Shown: one piece after another, positions 11,890 through 22,688 of the stretch
Position numbering within the stretch: position 1 is the stretch's first letter
Layout of the letters: every line of letters begins with the position of its first letter
DNA from: Macrostomum hystrix
Taxonomy: Eukaryota > Animalia > Platyhelminthes
Reading direction: 5' to 3'
DNA length: 64,000 nt
NCBI GenBank assembly: GCA_950097015.1
Contig: CATNEN010000038.1
Coordinates: forward strand, 7,688,001-7,752,000
Made by a program: the position numbers and the translations under genes
Notes under the pieces: generated by a model
Database searches by the model: none
What the model saw: only the letters and a program-made list of their open reading frames with translations
What the model was told of the DNA's origin: nothing

Positions 11890-12135
11890 AAATGCGCTAT
11901 TTTAACTGAAGGTTTTCGCATAACTGAATCGAAGCTGTAAAGAACAGACAAAATCATACCAGGTAAAAGTCTAGCGGACTCGAAACTGGAGCAAGGCTGA
12001 AAGAATCGCAGCAATAGCAGGGCAGACGGTATCGCAGCAGGAGCAACAGAACCAGAATCGCAGCAGGAGCAACAGAACCAGAATCGCAGCAGGATCAACA
12101 GAGCCAGAATCGCAGCAGGATCAACAGAGCCAGAA
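11890..12135 (-). repeat. Inverted, diverged copy of the 3' end of Ly6 intron 2 (about 4 units of the 26-bp repeat plus flank)
   Basis: gaatcgcagcaggagcaacagaacca units at 12030-12135 are the reverse complement of the 8840-9947 unit. The flank at 11890-11935 matches 9958-10002 in reverse. Confidence 0.8.
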
Positions 12136-12178
12136 ATAATCACGCCGATTGCCTAGAAGAGACCAGCCAGTCGTCGCC

Positions 12179-15100
12179 ATGTCCTCTGACGCCAGCTGGT
12201 CCCGCCAAGCCGAAGCTGCCATCGCCGCTGGAAGCTTGCCAGAGCTGCGACGGCTCCTGGCCCTGCCGACAGCCTGTCCGGACGCTCGAGTAGCTGGCGG
12301 CTGCGGCCTCGCCCAGGTGGCCGCTCACTGGCACCGACTGGACCTACTGGCCTGCCTGCTTGCCAACGGCTGCCCTGCCGAGCTGCCAGATAACGACGGC
12401 GACACGGCGCTGACTGAGGCGGTCGCTTGCGGTCACGCGGATGTTGTGGAGTTCCTGCTACGATTGGACGGGTTAGAGGGCGGGATAAATTTCCAGGTTC
12501 TATGGTACAAAATGAGGGGTTCAGTTGCAAAGCGTTTTAGCCTCTCGCACCAAGGTCCCTGAGCTCGATTCCGCCAGCCGTGTAGAGAGGGCTTTAGGGG
12601 GGCTTGTGGTGCAATTTACGCTCTTGAGGGCCAACCTCCAAGGCATATTGAAGTGCACACTGCCGGACAATAAGAAATTCAGGGCAGATGTACACATTCC
12701 TGAGTGTGTGCTCAGGAGTCAGCGGAATTGGCAGAATTGCCTTTTCGCTGGTTGCGGGTCCAGTGTCACCAAGGGATGTGCCATTGCCCACAGCTCTCCT
12801 GCAATTATTATTATTATTATTATTATTATTATACAAAATGAGCGTGAGAATATGCTTGAGTCCACATTTCAAACACTGAAGGACGTCAGCCGTTGATCCG
12901 AACCGTCAGAACCGGTCTGGCTGCACGCCGCTGCACGCAGCCTGTCAGCGCAAGGACCTGCGAGCGGCCCGCCTGCTGCTGGATCTCGGCAAGGCGCGGC
13001 CGGCCTGCACCGACGCGGCGGGAAACTCGGCGCTGCACGCGCTGGCTGCCCGGAGTCCAGCTGGCTGCACAACAGCTGCTGAGGCCTGTCAAAGTCGGCC
13101 AGAGGGACAGCGGATGTCGGACGGGTGTGGACTCGGGATAATCTGGAATAATATAGGATAACGCCGAGCATAGGATAATTAAGAAAATCTAAGATTGCGA
13201 AAATTGGGGATAATCTGGGAAATTATAATGATGATATTAGTGATGCCGGCGGTCCTCCTCCGGAGAGTCCAGGAGGTGGAGAATCGCCCGTTGGCCCTAA
13301 GGTATCCGGGTTTGGACCGAGATAGGTGAGCCGGTCCTGAGTGAAGGCGGGGCAGTCGCAAATAAAATGCTCTGCATCCTCAACGTAGGAGAGGCAGAAG
13401 GGGCATTCCTCACTGCGGATTTTGCCTTGCAGGAAGCGGTGCCTGGCGAAACGGCCATGGCCAGAGAGGGCCATGGTGACTGCCCTGATGTACCTGCGGT
13501 TAAGTCCAAGCAGGGCTTTGTGAAGGGCAGTGGAGGGACAAGGAACAGCAGCGCGGGACTGCCGACAATCGGCGGTATTGATCCACCTGTCCTTGTGCTT
13601 AGAGGCCGCCCACTGGTTAATCCGAGTGGTGACGACGGCGGTAGGCGTGGAGACCGCAGGCACGGGGCCAAAAGCGAACCCGTCGAACCGGCCTTGTTAA
13701 TGGTTGAGTTGTCCGAGTGTTGGATAATTTCTGATCCGTGGACATTTTGATTGATCAGTTCCAGGGCGCATGAGCTGATGGCGAGAACTTCGTTCTGGAA
13801 AACTGTAGAGTTAGTGCCAGTGTGCTGGGAGTAGGTCGCCACAGTTCTTCCTCCTGACACAATGTAGCAGCCGAAACCAGATACAGAGTTGATTTGCGAA
13901 CCGTCGGTGAAGCAGTGAATTTCACGGGGTTCGCCGTGGTCACGCACTTCCTGGTGAGGCGGAATGCTGGTTTTTAATTTGAGGGGTGGGCACGGCGTCG
14001 ACGGGATACCGTCTGAGAGGATTTTGAGACCTTCTGCTGAGTCCAGGTCCCGTAGGCTAAAGTCACCGACGGGGCCGGAGGTTCCGCTTGCTGAAGGCAA
14101 GTTGCTTCTGGATGGAGACATCCAGAAGACGACGAGCAGTCTTCATCGCTTCCCCTGTTATCCCATCGGATAACATAGTCCGGTTTTTGTTCCGATACAT
14201 AGCCGTACTAGTTCCGTACTTCCAGCAGGTTTCCGCTGCTCGCTTCGATTACCGACGGGTCGCATCTGTGGCGGACCCAGCTCCTAGCCGAACCAGGTGA
14301 AGTTGCCCAGCTGATGCGCCACATGATCAGCATCGAACCCAGCCTCAGCTGGGATCTGGAAAACAGCGGCGGCTACACACCGTTGATGAAGTGCGTGGCG
14401 ACTGGGCACTGGACTGTGCTGCCTCACCTGCTGCGAACCTCAGCATCCGAGTCCGCGTCGCTGCCAAAAGGCTGCAGCAACCGGGACGGCTTCAACCTGG
14501 CGCACGTGTTTTACGCGCATCACGACGACTCGTCAAGCGGTCGGGCTGCCATCAGCCTCCTGAAGCGCTGCCTGGGCGCCCAGCTCTGGCTGAAGCTCTG
14601 CTCCGCTCGGGTGTCCGGCGGACCCTACGCCGGCTACGCCTGCGTCCACTTCGCCTGTGAGTTCGGACGCCTCGCCTGGCTGCCGACTGGCCTCCGTCTG
14701 ACGGGCGAGCTGACCAACCGCGGGGAGTCCGCCGTCGACATTCTTGCCCGCCGGCGCCAACTGGCTGGACTTCGCCAGCGATGCGGCTCGGCCGATCCGA
14801 CAGTCTGGCGTCAGGCGCTGCTGCTTCTCGATCCGCTGCTCGGTTCGCCGCGACCTCCGCCAGACGAGGCCAGTCGAGCCCGCGCTCGTCGCGTCCTGGG
14901 ACCATTGTGCGCGGCCAGCGACGAGCATGACAGCGGCCGGCTGTTTCGCCAGCCAGATGCTGACAGAAGCATCGATCCACTGACCGGCCAGGTTGATGAG
15001 GCCAGCTATGAGTCTGGGCAGCGCTACTGGCAGACGGGTGGCCGGGAGAGTCGCCAGTACCCGCTGCCGCTGCGCCTCCTGACTGCAGCCATCGGTGAAG

Positions 15101-18100
15101 ACAGCCCGGAGGCTTTCCTTAGCCTTCTTGAGCTAGGACTCCTGGATGGAGCTTGGAGCAGCAGGTTCTGCCACGACCTGCGATGCTATTTAACAACTGC
15201 CGGGGGCACCTCCACTTTGCCATGCATCGGAAACGGGCTGGCTCAACTGCGACCGGAGCACCTCGACGGTGTTGATTGTCTGGACGCGCTGGATCTGGCC
15301 GTGGCTCTCGGCCGCAGTCGCATCGTCCAGGAGATGCTGCTGGCCCGGCCGTTCGACCTGATTCCCAGCTGTCTGCGCATTCTGCTGATGTGTCGCCGAA
15401 TGCGGCAGGTGCGGCACAGGTGCGTCTCGGACATGCGCGAGAGCGCCCAGGCTGTGCTGGTGAATGCGCTGAACTATCTGCACGACGGGGCGACGTCTGA
15501 GAAGGTGAGCTCAGCGGCGTAGCCAAGGGGGAGGGGCCGTACCCCCCAATCGGCTGACGAAACTTTGTGGCGCCCCCTAGTAGTTGCGCCGCCTTAGTAG
15601 TAGCGCCCACCTAGTGCTGCCTCACCTGCTGCCCACCTAGTGCTGCCTCACCTGCTGCCCACCTAGTGCTGCCTCACCTGCTGCCCACCTAGTGCTGCCT
15701 CACCTGCTGCCCACCTAGTGCTGCCTCAGCTGCTGACCCCCTAGTGCTGCCTCAGCTGCTGCCCACTTAGTGCTGCCTCACCTGCTGCCCACCTAGTGCT
15801 GCCTCACCTGCTGCCCACCTAGTGCTGCCTCAGCTGCTGCCCACCTAGTGCTGCCTCACCTGCTGCCCACCTAGTGCTGCCTCAGCTGCTGCCCACCTAG
15901 TGCTGCCTCAGCTGCTGCCCACTTAGTGCTGCCTCACCTGCTGCCCACCTAGTGCTGCCTCACCTGCTGCCCACCTAGTGCTGCCTCAGCTGCTGCCCAC
16001 CTAGTGCTGCCTCACCTGCTGCCCACCTAGTGCTGCCTCACCTGCTGCCCACCTAGTGCTGCCTCAGCTGCTGCCCACCTAGTGCTGCCTCAGCTGCTGA
16101 CCCCCTAGTGCTGCCTCACCTGCTGCCCACCTAGTGCTGCCTCAGCTGCTGCCCACCTAGTGCTGCCTCAGCTGCTGCCCACCTAGTGCTGCCTCAGCTG
16201 CTGACCCCCTAGTGCTGCCTCACCTGCTGCCCACCTAGTGCTGCCTCAGCTGCTGCCCACCTAGTGCTGCCTCACCTGCTGCCCACCTAGTGCTGCCTCA
16301 CCTGCTGCCCACCTAGTGCTGCCTCAGCTGCTGCCCACCTAGTGCTGCCTCAGCTGCTGACCCCCTAGTGCTGCCTCACCTGCTGCCCACCTAGTGCTGC
16401 CTCAGCTGCTGCCCACCTAGTGCTGCCTCACCTGCTGCCCACCTAGTGCTGCCTCACCTGCTGCCCACCTAGTGCTGCCTCAGCTGCTGCCCACCTAGTG
16501 CTGCCTCAGCTGCTGCCCACCTAGTGCTGCCTCAGCTGCTGACCCCCTAGTGCTGCCTCACCTGCTGCCCACCTAGTGCTGCCTCAGCTGCTGCCCACCT
16601 AGTGCTGCCTCAGCTGCTGACCCCCTAGTGCTGCCTCACCTGCTGCCCACCTAGTGCTGCCTCAGCTGCTGCCCACCTAGTGCTGCCTCAGCTGCTGCCC
16701 ACCTAGTGCTGCCTCAGCTGCTGCCCACCTAGTGCTGCCTCAGCTGCTGCCCACCTAGTGCTGCCTCAGCTGCTGACCCCCTAGTGCTGCCTCACCTGCT
16801 GCCCACCTAGTGCTGCCTCAGCTGCTGCCCACCTAGTGCTGCCTCAGCTGCTGCCCACCTAGTGCTGCCTCAGCTGCTGACCCCCTAGTGCTGCCTCACC
16901 TGCTGCCCACCTAGTGCTGCCTCAGCTGCTGCCCACCTAGTGCTGCCTCAGCTGCTGACCCCCTAGTGCTGCCTCACCTGCTGCCCACCTAGTGCTGCCT
17001 CAGCTGCTGCCCACCTAGTGCTGCCTCACCTGCTGCCCACCTAGTGCTGCCTCAGCTGCTGCCCACCTAGTGCTGCCTCAGCTGCTGCCCACCTAGTGCT
17101 GCCTCAGCTGCTGACCCCCTAGTGCTGCCTCACCTGCTGCCCACCTAGTGCTGCCTCAGCTGCTGCCCACCTAGTGCTGCCTCAGCTGCTGCCCACCTAG
17201 TGCTGCCTCACCTGCTGCCCCCCTAGTGCTGCCTCAGCTGCTGCCCACCTAGTGCTGCCTCAGCTGCTGCCCACCTAGTGCTGCCTCACCTGCTGCCCCC
17301 CTAGTGCTTTCAAACAGCTCTAAACGGAGTAGCAACGACTGTTCAACCATTTAACTTTGTCTGAACTTTTCATTCACCTAAAAAAGGATCGCAGACTCAT
17401 CGATGCTTATGTACACGGTGAACTCAGAGGAGGCGGCCCCAGTTTTCAGGCGATCCAACTTCCCATTTTGCTCGAGGGCCGTGAGATCGTCGGCGAGAGG
17501 ATAACAGAGTGAGAAACACCTTTTTAAGAGAATGTTTTTAGCGCAAATAGAAATGATCTTATTTTAAACCCTCAGTGCTCAGCAACAGCTCACCGTCCTG
17601 CAGCTGCTGCTGGCTTCCGGCTGCGACGAGGCCCTGTCCACCCGCTGCATCCGCATGCTGGTGAAGCGGCGCTGGCGGAGCACACCCAGATGCCTGTCCT
17701 GCAGGCGCCAGACCTGTCGCTGTGGCTGCTGCTGCGGCGCCAGCGGCGGCATCTCGCCGTCCGGTCGTTTCGTTCTGCACGTCGCCTCCCTGGCGGTGTT
17801 CACCGTTTTGCTGACGGCCTTTCTAATAGCGGGCAGCAGCGGTGAAACAGTTTGGCAACCGACAGCCCTGGGTGTGTTACTGGCCTTTGTTGTGGACCAC
17901 CTGGTGCTTGGCTTCGTTGTAATTCGGTACGGAACTCTTGATTGGGCAATGCTTCCGAACGAGGCCAGATAAACTTAGGGCGCAGCTGCGGATAGAAAGC
18001 TTTGTAGAACCTGAATACTATCAGACCAATCAGAGTGAAGAGAGGGAGAGAGAGTGAGCTGGAAGGCAGAGAGGAGAGAGAACCAGATAGAACTGGAATG

Positions 18101-19366
18101 AAACAAGAATTAAGAAGTGCAGGATGAACTGGAGGTTAAAAAAGGGCACAAATAAGAGATGAAAGTCGCCACAGTACGTGTGTGTTCAGTAGTCAGCGGA
18201 ATATGCAGGATTGCCTCTCCCTGGCTGCGGGTCGACTGTCTCCAAATGATGCGCCAGGGCGCACAGACTTCCTGCAAATATGTTTTTATTCCCTCTTGAT
18301 TGATGGGGTATCGTAGGTATACATTATAATAAGCTGAGGCATCACACCTCTGACCCGCAGCCGTACGGGGCACTGGTGGCCCGATCTTTCGGGCGCTTGG
18401 CGAGGCACGGAGCTGCTACTACCGGCTGCGCTGCAGCTCGCCAGCCTCCTAGGCCTGGCAGTCGTGGGTGCCACCAGTCCCAAAGATGGAGGAACAGCTG
18501 AATACTACCTGCGCCTCGCTCTGGCAGCGTCCTACCTGCTGCACTGCATCCGCTGGCTCTACAACCTCACCGTGTTCAGGCGCACCGGACCAACCGTGAG
18601 TATTCTCAAGACGCTCATCGTTGACGACCTTCTGCCGTTCCTGTCGATCTTCGTGCTGATCACCGTGGCCTTCGGCGTCTTCTTCCACTCGGTGCTGAGC
18701 CCCGGCGGTCGGCTGTATCGCGTCTCCGACGGGCGCGCGACAAGCATGAGCACCCTCGAGTCGCTGGTTGAGATCTACTCGCGCCCGATGCTGCTTGCGT
18801 TCGGAGAGTTCCAGATTGACTCGCTGCGCCCCTGCGAGAAGCGCTCCGAGCCGAGCAACTGCTCAGACCTGGCCGGAACTGACTGCCTCTGCCCGCACCA
18901 GGACGGCCTGCGCCTCTACCTGGCTCTGTTTGTTCACGTCTACCTGTTTGTAAATCTCGCCCTGCTCAACCTGCTCATCGCCAAGTTCAGCCTGACAGTA
19001 AATACCAAAGTCGAGCAGGCCTTTGTCATCTGGAACAAACACCGCATGCGGATGCTGTGCGAGTACCAGCTCATGCCCACTATGCCGCCGCCCTTCAGCT
19101 CAATCAGCTTGCTGCACAAGAGGCTGTGCTACTCGCCCGGCTGTCTCCAGGCTTGCCGCGGCTGCAGATCTAAGCCAATCACGGGCGCCCGCGCTGCTGA
19201 CCCCGGGCTGTCCTGGAGCCAATGGGACAGCTTCGCGGGCTGCCGGACCTATCTTAAATTCCTGTGGCTGCAGGCGGCCAAGTTCAGAAATCGTCGAAGG
19301 CTGTTTCTTAGAAAGGTGAAGTTTGAAGCCGACGGAAGCGTGCGATACGTGCAGCAGAGCTCTTGA
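12179..19366 (+). CDS. TRP cation channel with N-terminal ankyrin repeats and a TRPM-like pre-S1/pore/TRP domain, ~1063 aa
   Basis: Exons 12179-12471, 12882-~13093, ~14297-15504, 17387-17508, 17576-17926 and 18361-19366 total 3192 nt in frame; the exon 2/3 junction is tentative. Ankyrin motifs: [47 protein letters not shown]. Channel motifs: S4-S5 [12 protein letters not shown], pore [10 protein letters not shown]6 [16 protein letters not shown] box [18 protein letters not shown]. Confidence 0.88.
12516..12832 (+). mobile_element. SINE family A copy with (ATT)n tail, in TRP intron 1
   Basis: Degenerate tRNA head, full body and about 9 ATT repeats. Confidence 0.88.
13223..14140 (-). mobile_element. 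5'-truncated, decayed non-LTR retrotransposon with RNase H and CCHC (LOA/I-group-like), in TRP intron 2
   Basis: RNase H motifs FTDGS...[11 protein letters not shown]...SDN, then in another frame LSGHGRF..H...CPFC...[12 protein letters not shown]. Internal deletion and frameshift are present. Confidence 0.85.
15512..17308. repeat. 26-bp minisatellite (gcccacctagtgctgcctcacctgct)n, ~65 copies from ~15605, preceded by a MITE-like end
   Basis: Direct tandem units in TRP intron 3. The leader cagcggcgtagccaaggggg resembles a nonautonomous DNA transposon terminus, but no matching right end was found. Confidence 0.93.
18173..18282 (+). mobile_element. SINE family A 3' fragment in TRP intron 5
   Basis: agtcagcggaatatgcaggattgcctctccctggctgcgggtc...cctgcaaat matches the family A 3' half. 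Confidence 0.75.
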
Positions 19367-19736
19367 CACTGCCAGGCATCAGCAGTGCAAAGCTGACAAT
19401 AAACTTTATTTTATATTTTGCAATACGAGCGAATTTTAAAGTAAAAAGTGAAATTAGCTTCTTGCTTCTTAACGGATCTAAAAAGTTACTAATAAAGCAA
19501 CCGGGTGAGCTATTGCAAGTTTTATCGCTTAGAAGCTAGAAAATAAAGACTAAAAACCTTAAATGCTAAAAAGTACGTCTTTTGCAGAACATACATGTAC
19601 ATTATAGACATGCAATTCAACACTGAATAATGTAAATAAGTTTTTATGCCTATCTCGAGAGCTAATAGAACAAAGCTCAACTAAAGCCCAAAGGGTTAAA
19701 TTTGAAAAGAACCGGGGAATCGTCAAGCTACGAAAA

Positions 19737-22688
19737 TCAGTCTGCAACAATTCGCCGTCGGGTCATTGTGAGTTTACGCAGTCGGAATTCGCGGTTGGAC
19801 CAGTACCTGTTCTGCCGCTGTCTGAGCTGCGCCGCCGCTTGCATCTTGCGCACGGCCGCCTGCCGTCCAACAATGTCTGGCTGGAGTCTGGCGTACCGCA
19901 TGCTGTACGCCACGTCTTCCTCCAGTACCGGCATGCCACCGACTGGCGAAGGAAATCGCCGATTGCCGCGGTTGCCAGCAGTTGCGACTTGCGCACTCGG
20001 CTGCACCAACTCGTCTGCCGTCTCTCTGGCCTCCTTTTTACTCATCCTGCGCTGGTTTCGCTCAGGATAATAGTCCACAGGAAAGTACTCGATGCCACGG
20101 CTAGTCATATGTAACTTTTGCGCATTGTCGAATGTGTATTTGAAACTCTTCATTTCGTACATGTCGCATCGGATCGGCGGAGTGCTGTACATCCAGAGGA
20201 AGTTCTGGCGGAATATCAAATCATTCGGCTTGCTCTCGTGAGTGCTGGGCGCTCTAAGAGCGAAAAAGTGAAATGACTTTCGAGTGGACTCGTACGTCAA
20301 GCCGAGGCTTTCGCCAATCACAGCCGGGATCACCTCACGAATTGTGTTGCTATTCCAGTTGACATCGTCCGCCATCACTGTCGGATTCACTTCCAACAGC
20401 CAGGGCTTGCCGTTAGCATCGATAACAATGTCCAGTGCGAAGAGCTGGTAACAGTTCGACTTCTCCTTGATCTGATCGAACATGCCTTCGCAGATTTGAT
20501 TGGACATGACGCGAAGGCATCGAATGAAGTCCTTGTTGAGAATGAACTGACTTAAATGTTCCCTCTGGAAGGCGGCGTTGTCGTCCCCCTGATTTCTGTC
20601 CCTGCACTTGTCTTTGCTTGACTCGTCCTTGTCGGACGCACTGGCTGTGAAATAATTTGCAGCAGGCTGAGGGCCTTTCAGATGCTCAGCGCCCGGAATG
20701 GGAATTGATCCCAGCAGGAGCGGCAGGTCGCACGTGTTCCCCTTCAGGCAGCCGTGCCGCACCGCATAGTTAAACTCCTCGCATTCGTCCGATGCGAATG
20801 AATGCTTGAAGAAGCCGGTAAGTGGCACCGGTTCAAATTCTTTCAGAGCAATCTTTTTGGCGTCGCCACGTTTAGAATCCGCTGCGGAGTTGTTCTGCCA
20901 CTGCGAGTTTTGCTGCCCAGATTGGCGCAGATTCCCATCAAGCAGCTTCTGCTGCTGATGCCAATTGGAAGGATTTTGCTCAATATGCTTCACCCGCTTC
21001 CGCTTCTGCTTCTGCTTAGTTCCTTCGCGATCTAGGAATGTAAGACAACGTGGAGATTTATCGTATTGTTTTTTATCATTCTCACTCGAGTCTTCGACTC
21101 CGGATACCCAAACCTGTTCTTCGTCGTTTGCTGAGACAGAAATATCAAACAAAGAGGTCTTTTGTGAGCGAACTTCCGTTTTGGTAATCCGTTTTTCTTG
21201 ATTGCTAGATGCGATCAGACTCACTTTTTCCGCTATCACTTTTTGGCTAGCCGCATTTTGAGTCCTTCGAGTCGATCTGGCTGGTGTAGGTCCCTGACCC
21301 TGAGCCGCATTCCACTTCCATGCTCGCGTGTTGGCCAAGTGCTGTCTGGGATCAAAGCGATCGCCTGAACGCATCTCTCGGTAGGGCTGCGCCACTTTGC
21401 GGATGTAGCCAGGGTGCAAGAAGCCGAGTACACGCCAGAACCGACACACAATCACTAAAAGGAACATGCGGACGTCAAACTTCCGTCCACAGTTCGTCAA
21501 CATTGGCTTTTTTATGTATCGCTGCACAACATAGTCCTGGCCCCACATGAACCGCTGACGGGTCTCCACTTTGAGGAACGACCTCAACTGTTCAGCCGAG
21601 GAGAGAACTCGAACGCCTCTACCTCTGCTCAAGTAGGACGGCTTCGCTATCCACTGCGAATCCGGCGCCAACCTGATGATGTCCTGGATGAAGACATTCT
21701 GCTGCACAGACGATGAGAACACCTGAGTCTCTGGGACAAAGTACTTTGTTGTGAAGCACGGGCAGAAGTCGCCGCTGTGGATCGCCTCGATACCGTGCTC
21801 CCTGCTAGCCGTCTGAGCCAAGCTTTCTTGGCAGCCGGGCTCGCTGCAGCGCTCAAAGCTGTGCTGAGCGTACTGGTGCTGGCACAGCAGCTGGTAGCGC
21901 ATTCGGCGGCCACCCAGGTGCTCGCACCTGTGCGCCGGATATCCGATGCCCCGCCTGAACATGCTGGACTTCAGAGTGTGCGCCAGAGTCTGCTTGTCCT
22001 TCAAGAAGATATCCAGCGGCAGGCGGTTCACTGTGTGATGATTCGGCCGCAGGTTCGGCAGGACTTCGATGGCTTTTCGCTTGCCCAGCCAGCAGAAGAC
22101 GCGCTCGCCCCCGCCACTGGGAAGGTTTTTAAGCCTCTTCATTCCCATGAACTGGCAGAATGTGTCAAATAGCAGGTCCAGACAGCCCACCCCATTCTGC
22201 TCGGTGCAGATAAAGTACTTGCTTCTCCTGGCTATTAGCTCAGGGCAAGTCACCTGGTACAGTCTTTTGTAGTCGGCCAGGTGTTCCATGAATCGGTACA
22301 GCTGGCTAAAAAACTCAAACGTCTTTGGTTTGTGCATTTTTTCTAAATCTGCGTGATTTTCATCACTTGCATTTTTCAGATATTTTTTCTCTTCCGGGGA
22401 TAGCTCAATAGTGCTGCTGCTATTGGCCGCATCATCGATGTCATCCGACTCGTCCACGGACTGTCCTGTCTCGGTACCATCCAACTCGTCCACGGACTGT
22501 CCTGTCTTGGTACCATCCAACTCGTCCACGGACTGTCCTGTCTCGGTACCATCCGACTCGTCCGTGGAATGTGCTGTCTCGGTGCCATCCGACTCGTCCA
22601 CGGACTGTCCTGTCTCGGTACCATTTGATTTGTCCGCGGACTTTGGTATCTCGATACTCCTCTCGGATATTGAACGTGAAGTACTCAT
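19737..22688 (-). CDS. TTLL10: Tubulin-tyrosine-ligase-like protein, closest to TTLL10-type polyglycylases; single exon, 983 aa
   Basis: TTL motifs WIAKPSYLSRGRG, YVVQRYI.KPML...RKFDVR, HLAN and QLFALDIVIDANGKPWLLEVN. The following IREVIPAVIGESLGL resembles TTLL10. There is an N-terminal 12-aa acidic repeat (x5). The subfamily call is less certain than the TTLL family call. Confidence 0.8.
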   Translation of the reverse strand: MSTSRSISERSIEIPKSADKSNGTETGQSVDESDGTETAHSTDESDGTETGQSVDELDGTKTGQSVDELDGTETGQSVDESDDIDDAANSSSTIELSPEEKKYLKNASDENHADLEKMHKPKTFEFFSQLYRFMEHLADYKRLYQVTCPELIARRSKYFICTEQNGVGCLDLLFDTFCQFMGMKRLKNLPSGGGERVFCWLGKRKAIEVLPNLRPNHHTVNRLPLDIFLKDKQTLAHTLKSSMFRRGIGYPAHRCEHLGGRRMRYQLLCQHQYAQHSFERCSEPGCQESLAQTASREHGIEAIHSGDFCPCFTTKYFVPETQVFSSSVQQNVFIQDIIRLAPDSQWIAKPSYLSRGRGVRVLSSAEQLRSFLKVETRQRFMWGQDYVVQRYIKKPMLTNCGRKFDVRMFLLVIVCRFWRVLGFLHPGYIRKVAQPYREMRSGDRFDPRQHLANTRAWKWNAAQGQGPTPARSTRRTQNAASQKVIAEKVSLIASSNQEKRITKTEVRSQKTSLFDISVSANDEEQVWVSGVEDSSENDKKQYDKSPRCLTFLDREGTKQKQKRKRVKHIEQNPSNWHQQQKLLDGNLRQSGQQNSQWQNNSAADSKRGDAKKIALKEFEPVPLTGFFKHSFASDECEEFNYAVRHGCLKGNTCDLPLLLGSIPIPGAEHLKGPQPAANYFTASASDKDESSKDKCRDRNQGDDNAAFQREHLSQFILNKDFIRCLRVMSNQICEGMFDQIKEKSNCYQLFALDIVIDANGKPWLLEVNPTVMADDVNWNSNTIREVIPAVIGESLGLTYESTRKSFHFFALRAPSTHESKPNDLIFRQNFLWMYSTPPIRCDMYEMKSFKYTFDNAQKLHMTSRGIEYFPVDYYPERNQRRMSKKEARETADELVQPSAQVATAGNRGNRRFPSPVGGMPVLEEDVAYSMRYARLQPDIVGRQAAVRKMQAAAQLRQRQNRYWSNREFRLRKLTMTRRRIVAD

